A stretch of DNA of 63,194 nt, counting the filler, from Platydemus manokwari (taxonomy: Eukaryota), in assembly GCA_037951405.1 (NCBI GenBank). It is 5 parts of 5 records of this genome, joined end to end, with 100 filler letters (N's around TTAATTAATTAA, not from the genome) between each part and the next. Parts side by side here need not be neighbours in the genome. Positions count along the whole stretch, not along the records: positions 1 to 17,174 come from JBBMOY011111442.1; 4 more parts are not named here. One strand, given 5' to 3'. Below are positions 1-12,468 of this stretch, piece after piece (within the stretch, counting starts at the first letter, position 1; every line of letters starts with the position of its first letter). The notes beneath the pieces were generated by a model. That model worked only from the letters and a program-made list of their open reading frames with translations. It was not told where the DNA came from and did not search any database. The translations under genes and the position numbers were made by a program.

Positions 1-80
1 TTAATGATTTGCTACAGCACACACACAAGTGTTTACATCTGGTGTCAAATTCCGGTTATTAAGTTATAGACCCAATAATA
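1..80. repeat. Dispersed repeat (probable DNA transposon end); inverted copy at ~42385-42462
   Basis: ttaatgatttgctacagcacacacacaagtgtttacatctggtgt...ggttattaagttatagacccaata matches the reverse complement of 42385-42462 almost perfectly; the other copy lies at a contig end. Confidence 0.85.
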
Positions 81-769
81 ACTATCATGGACTATTTTCC
101 ATAGACATGCTATTGGTTATGATCCCTTTAAAATTTTCTTCAAAGTCGATTGTTTTTCACGTGTTATTTTTAAAGTAAATTGTTTGCATTATTTTCCAAA
201 TAGACATCTGTTTTTCAGTTTTACAAATGGAATTGTCTTATTGATTATTAATGGTCTATCAAATAGACATGTTTTTAGATAAAACTTTTATTAATGCATC
301 GTTTGTGTTTTAGATTAAAAATTAATGTCTCGTTTAATTTTGCTTACAAGTACAAAATTAATTAAATAAGGTTTACATAATTATAAAATACGGCATCAAA
401 GACAGGTTGGTATATTTATTTATATAAAAATAAAATGAAAAATGTATAATAAAATAAAAAATAACCATTCAAATATGAAATAGTATGAAAGAGACAAATA
501 AATTCTTAGATTTGGAAATAAAAATAAATTTTAAGTTTTATAAATAATAATGAATTTTAGTTTTTTAAAAAATATATAAAATTGTTGGGTGTTGAGAAAA
601 GGACATTATTTTGCATGCATATTTTAAGTGTATAAAAGTAGTCTGTTATCACTAATTATATTTTTATTCTTTTTATTTTTTTTATCATTCCGGACAAGCG
701 AGTTAAATGAATTCTTTTAAAATAAAAATAATCTTATAAATAAAATAAGATTATTAAAGAATAGATCCG

Positions 770-1060
770 TTTAATTACCCCCAAATAGAGAGAAACCCTT
801 TAAATTTTCGTATAACAACTAGAAAATAGCCCCGATTAAAAATACCTTGATACAAAAATAACCCGTATAAAATAAGATCAAAAAATGAAAAACCACCTGC
901 ATTAAAATAAATTACCCGCATCATTTCGGCTAGCAACTGGAAAAAACCCCGAATAAATTAAATATTCTTTAATAAAGAATAAATAACATCAAATTTCGCC
1001 CGCATTAAAAGACTGACAACCCGCAGTGAAGAAATATTCATTTAGATTAAAATGAAAAGA
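770..1060 (+). repeat. Degenerate array of AACCCG(C)ATTAAAA-like motifs, likely transposon subterminal repeats
   Basis: Recurring cccgattaaa / cccgtataaa / cctgcattaaaa / cccgcat / cccgaataaa / cccgcattaaaa at roughly 30-nt spacing. Confidence 0.5.
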
Positions 1061-1129
1061 GCCCTCATTTTAATCGAAAATTACCATCAAATAAATAGGA
1101 CTTTTAAAATCACTAGTCCTGAACCACCC

Positions 1130-1300
1130 GCCTGTTACAAACCCACGTTTGATAGTGTGACCAAGCTAGAAGATTAAGTATTCGTTGCCGAGTTGAAGAA
1201 GCTGATATTCCGTTGCCATTATATGCCCAGAATTGTCTGGAAGAAACGATTTTAATAATTGTTTACCGATTCAATAGGAGATTGCGCAAGGATAAAGTAA
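1130..1300 (+). mobile_element. Ty3/Gypsy gag fragment (decayed)
   Basis: Translates to FVAELKKLIFRCHY, similar to the Gypsy capsid motif F.AELK.LA..C.F; frame broken afterwards. Confidence 0.4.
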
Positions 1301-2769
1301 GATCAATTCGTGTAAAATCATCATTTATCTACATCATCAAAGACGCATATTCTTCCTATTTATAGGACTAAGCCCAAATATCTTTAACACCCGGTTCTAC
1401 CTCTCGTGGAGGCCTGTTACCGTGGCTTGTCTGAAATTGTGTCATAATTGTACCATCGTTTTAGTGTATAAACGTATTGTTATATTTAACCATACCTGTA
1501 ATAATTGTATAAAAGTAGTTAATTTTTATTGTAATTTGGTTAAGCAATATAGTTTTAGTAGTCATAAACTGAGTTACTTTTGATTTGCAAGTGTCCTAAG
1601 AAACCATTCATATTTTCTATAAAAATCATCATCATTGTCAGGTCATTACCTTTTTATATTAAAAGGGTGCAAAGAGAGGTGCATAACATTAAAGTGAGAC
1701 TGATTAAAATAAGCAATATCATTGAGCCGTTCATCCCGTCGTCATACGGGGATAGCAACGACCTAGGCGAAGGAAGATCAAATAATAACATAGGTCTAGT
1801 TGTACCTAGGGGTTAATAGAACCACTAGGAGACTGATAAGACTCTGATACTGCACAATCAAGAAAAAGTTATAATCAAAAGAGACTGATAGCAAGAGAGA
1901 AAAACACAAGAAAAGATAACCTCAAAACCGAACAATTTACTAGTACTACTTTTACAAAAAAAGCAAAGCGAAAGTCGGCTTTAAACGCTAAACATAAATA
2001 TATATTAAATAACGCCAACAAATAACGTAAATCGAAAATATTATAGATTTTAAAATTTATTTAAGTATGTACTTAACACTCGATTTGCTTGGTCGCCCAG
2101 GCATAAGTTGATTCAAATTGTCAATATTCACGCTCTAAATCACATTAAGAAAGCAAATTCAATTAACAGCTCACCCAAAAGACAAAGCATCAACTGAAAT
2201 AGGGACCATAAAAGACTAGTAGTTAGAATAATCACACAAAGGGCTAGCAGATAAAAATTTACCGACCATGACAGAGTGGCAGTTCTCTCGAGATTTAACT
2301 CCTTTTATAGACTTGACATATGTGCAGCTTTGCTTCTTATTCGTCAAAACTGTCTGAGGACTACTTTATTTACACATTCTCTTCTGTATCTCATGTTCTT
2401 TTCCTATCGTTAGTGTGCGCCAATTGACGATAATTTTTATTTATGGATTTATAATTTGGAGGCATCTAATGGCTCTACTGGCATATGGGTTCGTGGTGTC
2501 TGTTGAAAGTATTCCTTAATCTTTTTTCATATACTCATCACTTTGATAGACAATCAAATAAAACATTGTTCTATAATTGTCAAGTTATCTTTTATAAACC
2601 CTTTCAATAATAGTCCCCAAATCACAATAGTGATATAATGTAAAATATGGTATATAATATGGAATATTTAATAATATAGTGTATGATAATATGAAGTAAA
2701 ATTCTAGTATATTATGATTAGTAAAATATGATTTTCGCACCTCGAACCTTGTTTTGAAGTTTTACACAA

Positions 2770-2945
2770 TACATACGATCATACAGGCACATCAACTAGT
2801 CGATTAGAGACGACATAAATTAAAGAGTCCACTCGAAAAAGAACATATCTACATATCAATAGACACATACGGATTGACCAATCCAAGTTATAGGAAAGCA
2901 ATAAATCCAAATTGAAATAGAAAAACAAAATATCAAATTAAAAGG
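2770..2945 (+). repeat. Dispersed repeat family copy (also 43450-43645 + and ~41520-41700 -)
   Basis: Shared acacata...attgaccaatcc...aaagc(c)aataaatccaaa...tatcaaa blocks, recognised by eye in three places. Confidence 0.55.
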
Positions 2946-4499
2946 TAATACATAGTAACACACACACAACCTTCAGGTATAAAGAATAACGAGGCAAAAA
3001 CAAAAAGTAGTTTGTGTTTGTTTATGTTTATGCATGTGGTTATTCGTAAGGATTGCTGAGTAGTAGTATTTTTATTGAAATTATATTTCTTCAGTTTTCA
3101 TTTATTTTAATAAACCCAACGGAATAAATTCCTTTTAAAATAATATGTAACAAAAAAAGTGTAAAAATATAATAAATTAAAATAAATATAATTTATTTAT
3201 ACATTTACTTATGTCATAATAAAAGAAATGCAAAACAAAATTTTATATTGACTCATAACATCATATGACAAAAACAATTATTAATCAAGTCCAACAATTT
3301 TGACCTTAACTAAACTAGGGCAGACTGAAAAATACAATATAAAAAGAGATCTTCATTCATAACAGTAGCCCAAGTGTGAAGCTATTTGGAGCACCCATTT
3401 GGACAAAGACCGTGTGACAGATCATTTTCGGCAGAATATTGGAGTTCAATCCTGGACAATTATTGAAATCAATAGGAAAACTAAAAAATTGTGATAGCTT
3501 AACTTTATGAAAATCTAATTTAGTGACAACTGAATATCTCAAGAATAATTTTCTAGTAAACGTCGTAAACCTGAAGCGAATATAGTCTACTCTTATCAAA
3601 TATTTACGCTTAGGAGAATCACTTTTAACGATAATAGTTTTTAGAGAATTATGACATCACATTAATCAATAAAACGGCCTGTTTAATTAATTTCTCTATT
3701 TTAGCTTTAATATCAGAAATATAAATTATATCTTACATCAAAACTGTTAGTTTTTTATCCTTAATTATCAACTAATTTATCACCAATTTAGCAATGTATC
3801 TTCGAAATGGCTATTTTAATGAACATTGGAAATATAAAGAAATGTTCACCAGTTAGTTAGCTGTAATTGTCGATAATTACTGTCGAACCAGTGTAAGTGT
3901 AAACATTGTCATAAATAATAAATAAGATGTAAAGGATATTAAAAGAATGCTAGGGCAACCTACATAATACCATAGCAACACGACATCTCAATCAAAGTAA
4001 ATAAATAAAACGGTAAGTAGTTATTAAATGCACCCAGTCACAATGCTTCTAAGAAAACTCGAAAAAGTATATTAGCAGACACTCAGCTGTAAAAAGAAGG
4101 CACTCAAAAGTAAACGCTAAATAACTTTTAACTGCGACAAAATTCAAAAACTTTGAATTCTCTATACAACCGAATTCATAATGAATAAGTTTTATTCATT
4201 GATTTGTAATCCTAGAATAATCTCCACGAGGAAATTATTAATAAGAATGCCAAAAAACAAGTACTTGTTTATAAACATAACCCTATATCTTGTGCTATTG
4301 AATCAGAAATCACAGTAGGCTTCGGAAACATCAGTTATTCGTTCTGCTTTATTCAATTTTTCCATCATGTTAAAGTCGTATTCATTGTCAGTGATTCCAC
4401 AGGATTCAAAGTGAAGTCTTCCTGACATTATACTTTCGACATTCTATTTGCCTTTGTGGAATCTCCAGTGATGTTGGACTTGATATACTCAAGAACAAT

Positions 4500-5053
4500 T
4501 AGATTATTTTACTATTCCAACATTGTTTAATATTTTGTAATTTGTGTTCCGTACCCCCGAAAATCCAACAATAAACGTGTAAAGTTCAAAGGTAAAATTT
4601 GGTCCGGCTTTTTTGATTTCTTTACTCAAATAAGAATATTTTTGAAGTTTTTTTGTTTGTCGCATCGATTAGCTTGGGTTCATCTATGCGGCATTTCATG
4701 TCGATCAACATAATTGTGGAGCTTCCTCTGTTCATGAGATTGAAGTCAATCTTCAGTTTTGAATCTGTAAATCCGAGTTATTTACGATTTATTTGTCGAT
4801 TTTCGATAATTCAGTTGAGATGATATGGTACAAAGGAGTTGAACGGCATGTATTTCATGAAAATATGAGTCTGAAAGTCCACTTCGTAGAGGCATTTACA
4901 GCAAGCCATCCATCTAGTGTATTTCTTGTTTATTACCTGTTGAGTTTTTGTTACAGCCTTGTTAATAAATTCGAATTCCGCAATGATTAGATAACCGAAG
5001 AATATTTTTTTGCTCGAACTGTGGCTAATATAGTCAGAATATTTTTGTATCAC
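4500..5053 (-). mobile_element. RLE-type non-LTR retrotransposon C-terminus (R2/R4/NeSL-like), pseudogenised
   Basis: Minus strand: CCKCLYEV..QTHIF (CCHC knuckle remnant), TDSKLKID..IMLIDMKC (PD-D-K endonuclease core), KKLQKYSYL..ELYTFIVGFSG; stops and frameshifts. Confidence 0.7.
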
Positions 5054-5149
5054 TCGCTCCTATTTTGTTTGTTTCAATGTACTAAGTATGAATTAGTGAA
5101 CTTACATTTTAAATACTAATATGAATACTTATACTCACGTTATCCAGAT

Positions 5150-6170
5150 TAAGATCAACATCATAGCTTAGTGCATTTCTCCGACCAACTCTGCTGAGGT
5201 CAAAGCTTTGGCCTTTGGGTACTCAATGCAGATTTCACTCTTTAATTCGACGTTTTCTTCATGTACTGCCGTTCCTGTAATGAGACGTCTTCACAACATC
5301 GCTAAATTTCCTTTTGAAGTTTCCCTCCTTGTTAAAAGATGTTCCAACACCTTTTACATTTCTCCATTAGCTGAGGTCTTGCTGCTCCTGTTTGAAATGC
5401 TCACATTTTTCTAAATTGGTATAACATTCTTTTTCGTGACGTCCTTGATATTGACCATTATATTTAGAAAATTTATGGTTATGTAGCCCCTTTCGTCGGA
5501 GGTTTAACAGGATACAATTTTTAGGGTGTTTCAGTTTCGTGCTCTATGACCTGGTTCGTTACAGTTGTATCAAGTCCTTGTCTCTTTTCTTCTAACTTGC
5601 TCTTTTGGTTTATGATTGGCTTTTTGTCTTATTATCCACCCATCCTATGTAACAGCACTCACATTTTTTACTTCAAGTGCTTCATCTTAATTTTTTATTA
5701 TTTTTCTAATCTTTGTTAATTCAACAATGTCTAGTATTTCTATCTCATCAATTTCGCATCATCTGAACAACGAACTGCCAAGAATGCGACTAGATCTTCT
5801 TTTGTTGTTTTATGCGACATAATTTCATCCCCCACCTGTTCGATTTTATCAAAAAATACTTCGGCAGATTCGAAGTCTCTTAACCAATCTTGAGCCAGCG
5901 ATATTTTTTTACCAAAGGCTTTTCGCAGTCTTTGATCATACTCCTTGATTTCATCTGGAACTGTCTCGTATTGATCGATTATGCTCTGATCTAATAAGAC
6001 AATTAAAACCAGATTCCTCATCAATTTGACTGTTTTGCAGTATCAACATATGGATTACAGCTTTTAATAAATTGTTCGATATTGTCTCCTTGTCTGTATT
6101 TTTCAGCAAAAGTCTTCTAAAGATCGTGTCCATGTGCGTGGTCAGCATGTTAGTAGTAACTACTTCCCTT
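5150..6170 (-). mobile_element. LTR retrotransposon gag(-protease) remnant
   Basis: ORF fragments 5740-6148 plus a zinc knuckle T*YNCNEPGHRARN* (CX2CX4HX4C with two Cys codons mutated to TGA) at ~5530-5580. Confidence 0.6.
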
Positions 6171-6429
6171 TAAATTGATGTTTCAACAAAATAAGTTATT
6201 ATAACTATTTTCTTTAGCTATCAATCTTAATCATATATAGATAAAAATATTTAAATTATTTAATAATTACTTTATATTAAATAATTTAATAAAAATTTCA
6301 AAATATTAATTTTTTATTTTGAAAATTATTATCAAATTATAAAAATTGTAAATAAATTTTTTTAATAAAAATTTTTTAATAAAATAATTTTTTAATTATT
6401 TTAAATCATTATAAGTTTATTTAAATTTC

Positions 6430-7660
6430 CTTCACATGACTTTCAGTGAGGAGGACATGATAATCATAGATTTGCGTCTTGATATGGCCCATCTTGGTTA
6501 ATGTTTTATTCTTATTAACCATCATAAGCGACAAGCTTCTAATGCCTTTCACATTCATTTCGTTATAGGATTCATTTTTTTCCATGCAATCCAGGTGGTC
6601 ACGTACAAGAGTTGCGTAATCAAGTTGTTAGGTTGTATTTGTTGAAGATTTTGTAATATAGACTCTTGATAAATATTGAGATTACCCAGAGTTAGCTTTC
6701 CCTTTAAGAGCATTGTAAATGACTTTTCCTTTATATTCGGCATTATATAGAATTTTTTCGCTTCATAATGGATCAAGTATTCCTTCACTGAACATTGTCA
6801 CTGTAAGCACTGTCCATAGTTGGTTCCTAACGTTAATAGGAGGTAGTACCGTTTCATATGGAGAAAGTTTCCATGGATTAATTCCAACTTCTGTTAGCCT
6901 GACTCCACTGGCTATTAATTCCGCAATGAAAGATCCAATAAAAATACATCAATTCAGGATGACATAATGTGCGACTATCCAGAGAATTTGGGTATTATCA
7001 CTGTGGACATTGTAGTATCTCTTGATGAGGTCACAGGAGAATCTCATCAACAATCAAATTCTCAAGATATAAAGGACTGAGATAATTATTCATTTTGAGT
7101 TTCAATAGGACTAGACCCTGAAATGATTTATAAGGACTTCCTTTTATCCTTCGAATTATTTTCCATACAGCATGTGGCTTCTCTCTGCATTTTTCCTTGC
7201 ATTAGATCGTTTATTTCCGAGGTTTTCATTGGCGCTTTGGCATTTTTTCCTAATATCAACTTTTTATTTTTTTTCGTTTCAAAGAGTTTGATAAGACGCA
7301 GTAACTCAGGCCTTTTTGAGGTCACAATCACAGTAGAATTTTTCCAATACTTTGGTGTTATCAATCATCTAAATTGCTGGAAGACATGCAATCGAATTGC
7401 TTTTGTTTCTCTCACATTAAGTGTTTAAAGGGATTCATTTGGAGGACTCGTACACTGTCGGAGAAGCAATATGAGTCTGTTCTGAAATGCCTACTATACT
7501 AATTATAGGGCATTTGCATGCTGCCCTATCAGATGCTGTCGAATAAGGTGCCTTCGTGTAGTCATTCGAAATTTGCACTGGGAGATCACTGTTCGAATGA
7601 TTAATGACTGGTTTGTCCAGGTCAACCTCAACATGAGGATTTTCACCTAAAGCTAATAAA
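6430..7660 (-). mobile_element. Probable LINE remnant (ORF1 end / APE endonuclease start)
   Basis: One minus frame with a few stops ends in MNVKGIRS...IYDYHVLLTESHVK, resembling the APE N-terminal motifs NVRGL and YDIL.LTET; truncated at an AT-rich block. Confidence 0.45.
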
Positions 7661-8540
7661 GTGGTCTATTTAAACCAAGGATTAAAGTAGATATCATCTA
7701 ATTAATATTAATAGTAAGTTATCGCTATTATTTGGTTATTATATAACGAATAAAATATCTAATAATCAATCCACGTTATAGATAAAATTTAGTTAACTTT
7801 CCTCTATTTCTTATTGAAATTAAGAATTAAATTATTGATTATTTCGTCTGTAATTTTTGAGAGCTAGAAACAAAAGTATTCTCTTTTTACCTTGGTCACT
7901 TATTGTGCTTGATGACAATAATTATAAAGAACTCATCAACTGGATGATTAATAAGAAACAAAAACCCAATTTTTATAAATAACATACTTGGAAACAATAT
8001 AAATTTTAAACTCAATGCAATCAGAGTACTTCATTTTACACTTAGATTTTGATATTTTGAATTATAAAATGTTTTGAAATTCCCAAGCTTGTTATAATAT
8101 AGTTTGATTGTAATTTATATTTTATTTCGTTGCTTAATATATTATGAGAATGAAAAGCTCGTCCTTCTGGTATTTAAAACTTTAATCTGATAATTGAACG
8201 GTAATTTATATAGAGAAAATTTAAATCTAGTTTTTGAGGTATTTGAAAAAACGAGTTCTAATTTTCTAATAAAACTTATATTTATTCTAAAACCTCTGTC
8301 ACTAATACCCATAACTCTTAAAATATACAAACGATGACATCAAGAGAAGTAGCGAGTCATTAAATGATTCATCAATCAGTAAATTGGAGTTGATAACTCT
8401 TTATATACATTATCGTTAGAGTAAATAAATATTCTAAGATTGTTGAGATTAGTTGGTTTCGAGCCTTTGTTTTAATTTATTAAATTAGTTTATATTCGTT
8501 TCATTTTCTATTCTTTTGACACATTACATATTATTAGTAA

Positions 8541-11500
8541 ATGGCAACTGATGATCAGGGGAACGAGATTGGGTAATGAATCATTTATAATTATTTATTT
8601 TAATTTTTCTATTTAATACAAATTATTTTGTAGTAAGCTTTTTGTGGGTGGTTTACACCAATCAACTACCAATGGTTGGTTTAAAGTTAAATAATTAATT
8701 AAATTAAAATTAAATTAAGAAACTTTAAAAACTTATTTTGCTAAATTCGGTGAAGTTGTTGAAGCATCAGTGATGATGGATCATAGAACAGGAAGATCAC
8801 GTGGTTTTGGTTATGTACGATATGGGGACAATGAAGCTGTACAAAAGGTTATGTCCACTAAGCATCATTTAGAAGGAAAAGAAATCGATCCAAAACCATG
8901 CAATGTTAACATGAAAGGCAGAGTGAGCGAATAAACTTAAATTTTTTTACATATTTATCAAAATTATAGAGTAGAAGACAATTAAAAATTTTTGTCGGTG
9001 GAATAGCTCCGGAACACAATGAAGAAACTTTGCGTGATTTTTTCAAACAGTTTGGAAATGTATTTTTATTTAATTGTTTTATGTTTTATTAACGATTATT
9101 ATTACTACAGATAACAGAATTAACATTAATGAAAGATCAAAGTGGTCACAGACATCGAGGTGAGTTGTATTCGAATTTATAGTTTATATGTAAATTTCTG
9201 TATCTAATTATTGCTGGATTAGGATTTGTTAGATTTTAATTAAAGTTCTTTAATTTGTTTTTTAATAAATCTAATATTAATAATAATAAATTGTGGTATA
9301 AAATGGTAATAAAAGTAATTTTAATAATGTTTGTGTAATTATTTAATGTTTCATGGTAATTTTATTCAACATAATTAAAGTTGTGCTAATTTTAAATTTA
9401 TGTTAATTATGATTGTGACAAGTCCTGATCCAATTATAAATATTGATAACAGTATTTATGTATATATGTACTGTACTGTAAGCAGTAAGAGTAGCAGTAT
9501 TACATATTGTAGCCATATGTAGTTCTTTACTATTTTACTTAATTGTAAGCATTTAATATTTTTTTACGTAGTGATTACTTTATAGATTCTATTTAAATAT
9601 CAATTTGAAAGAAAAAGATAAGTAGATGTGTTTCAGTTTTTGTTATAAAGTTTATCATTTATAGTTTTATCATGTTATTCTGCTTATTTTCATTTTTACT
9701 GAACATGTATTTTTTGCACAATAATATACACCCATCCACAAATATGTTTGTGCTCTTAAAACTAAATGTCTGCACGTGATTTGAAAAAAACCAGAACCTC
9801 TCCCTCATCCCTCTCGAAAAAAAACTCACAACACAGCTAAACTTAATGCGTTGCTGCAATGATACTCATCGACTGCTTACAGTAACAGTGACAATAAACA
9901 AACACTGATAAACCTTTCGTCACTGTTCAATTACAGGATTCGCATTTGTCGCCTTTGATGATGAAGCTGTCGTGAAGCAACTTATAAATGACCATATTTT
10001 GACAATTGGAAACAAACAGGTTTTAATACACTTTTCATTTTTTATCTATGCTGTACTGCAATTCATGGTGCACTGGTTATCGAGAACATTTTCATCTCAG
10101 AATTAATTATGGTGATAAATATTAATTCACTAGTTAATAATGCAGATGAGACAATATTCTTTGAAATGCGAAGCACCAATGTCAGTGCGGTTTAAGTATA
10201 GAAAACCAGATTTTCTTTAATAATGAATTCTTTATTGTCGTTTTAAATTCAAATTTTTTAGGTTGAAATCAAACCAATGGAACCTCAAGCAAACCGAAAT
10301 AATAATGATATGACCAGCAATAAAAGGGGATTGAGTATGGGTTCAATGCAAGGTTGAAGCTAATACGTTGATAATAATATAATAATTTTTGAAAGGTGGT
10401 CAGTGGCCACAATGGGCCAATCCGAATACTGCTGGTTGGCCTACATCAACTGGTTGGGGTGCATGGCCTCAAGCACCAGGTAATGCAGCAAATGCTCCGA
10501 GCTTATGGGATCAAGGAACTAGTTGGGGAGGAGGTTGGGGAAATAGTATGGGTCAAAATGGTAGCAGTATGAATCAGCATATGGGTCGCGGTCCAGAAAT
10601 GATGGCGAATCCCTGGGAACCTCAAATGTGGAACCCAAATCATATGGCCACATCAGCAATGCAACCCAACCAAGGTAGTAGTAATGGTTGGGGTCCGATG
10701 ACAAATGGTGCGTGGGATCAAGGTCATCCAAACAATCAGTGGAATGCTTTAGGTGGAGGTATGTCAAGTAAAATATAATTTATTCTATAAAATTATTTTT
10801 CCTCTTCGCCAGATGAATGTGAAATATCGAAAAAACGATCTAGTATGTTAATAATAAGTTACAATGTTACAAAATGGCATTAACATTTTTAATTGTAATA
10901 CGTTAATATTTACATATATATTCAATTAATTTATACAATGTTAAACACTGTATATATACCATATTATAATTTAATGAAAATTCACATAAATAATGAAAAT
11001 CTTTTTCATAGCTAGTGACAAAAATCTTGAAGAAAATTATTCTAACATTACTTTAGCAATTATCTGGCGTCAGTTGGTTTTCATTGACATTATTTGACAG
11101 TTGCGTAATTTTTATTTTTCAAATTAACCTTTGAATATATAGATAAACTATTGTAATCATTTACAACGTTTTTATATCAGATAAAATTCGAACAGGTTGA
11201 TAATTTTAAAAGCAAATTTATTTCTTGAAGTTTATTTTAACTTCTATGTAGACGTTAATTTCAAACCTGTTCATTTGCTATCATTATATTTTTTTATGGA
11301 GAGTTATTGTGTTTTCTTGAAATATTTTAATAAATTTGATCTTTTAGGCTTAATAGTTACTTGAGTAAATTACAGCAAATAGCAAAACTTCTCAGAAACG
11401 TATCATGGTGATTCAAAATTAACGTTTATATAAATTAATAGAAAGGTGTTATTGGAGTTTGGAAAAGGTATAATATCAATTTAATTTGTAATTTAAATGT

Positions 11501-12310
11501 ATTTTTTACTAATCGTGATTATATTATTGATTGGTCAAACTTTTGAAATTAAGTAATTTTGTGAATATTTTAAGCAAAGTTCATTTTTAAGAATTTTTCC
11601 GATAATTTTTACTCAATACTTAATATTCTCTAAATATAAATATATAGCTTGTTAAAGTAATAATTATATATTCCGAATAGAGTTTATTCAAAATATTTTA
11701 CAAATTTCAATGAAAAATAACAACTTAAGTTTCTCATGAGTTACAGTGGGTACAAATTTCAGATCATAATACTTAATTTTATAAATTTGTTATTCATAAT
11801 GTGTATAATTGATGCTCAATTTCAATCTTTGCCAATGATTAAAAACATTGATTGACCATGATTCGTTGTCGCATTATTGTTTTCATCCAAGAAGTTAAGC
11901 TGGTAGGCACAAATTATGGATATAAATAAATTTATTTGCTATATGCAGTCATAGCTTACAATTTGTTTTTTTTTATCAAGTAAGCTTTTTCTTTAAAAAC
12001 ATTTGAACATGTTTTTCGTCGATGTAAAATTATGTTCGAAAGTACTTTATGTCCTGACATTAAAAACATTTTAATTATTACTATAATTAACATTACAATT
12101 AATTTTGTATCAATGCCATGTTAATCGAATATATTAAGTTGCTTGTTTCAGTTGTTGTATTTATAATTTTAAAATTTAAGTTACGTGTATTATTTAGGAT
12201 TCAGTATGCAGACCAATTCGGCAAATGATTGGAGATCAAGTATTTCAAATGGTATGAACCCAAATGCAGGACCAATGCATGGGCAGTCTTTTGCTGCTTT
12301 TAAAAGATGA
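8541..12310 (+). CDS. DAZAP1: DAZAP1/Hrp48(Hrb27C)/Musashi-family two-RRM RNA-binding protein, ~354 aa; exons 8541-8572, 8634-8674, 8720-8922, 8970-9059, 9111-9159, 9937-10019, 10262-10352, 10396-10758, 12198-12310
   Basis: Spliced frame MATDDQGNEIGKLFVGGL...RSRGFGYV...IDPKPC...KIFVGGI...RHRGFAFVAF...VEIKPMEP; EIGKLFVGGL and IDPKPC are typical of DAZAP1; all introns GT-AG with consistent phases (1065 nt CDS). Confidence 0.9.
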
Positions 12311-12468
12311 ATCTTTTTACTGTAGCATAGTAGTTAATATAAAATGTAGTTTTTTGATGTTTTCATTATTTCTGTTTTGTTTCTTTGAAACTGTAAGAAA
12401 ATTTTTAAAATAAATTATGTTATACAAATTGTTTATTTTGGTATTTTGTTTTAATACATCAAATAAAT

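Noticed and set aside
770-1060. Spaced repeat array as CRISPR-like
   Set aside because: Short degenerate motifs, irregular spacing, no cas genes, eukaryotic context
3360-3470. SAENDLSHGLCPNG (minus), reminiscent of a Mutator transposase H..CP.G motif
   Set aside because: Too short and degenerate to support a call
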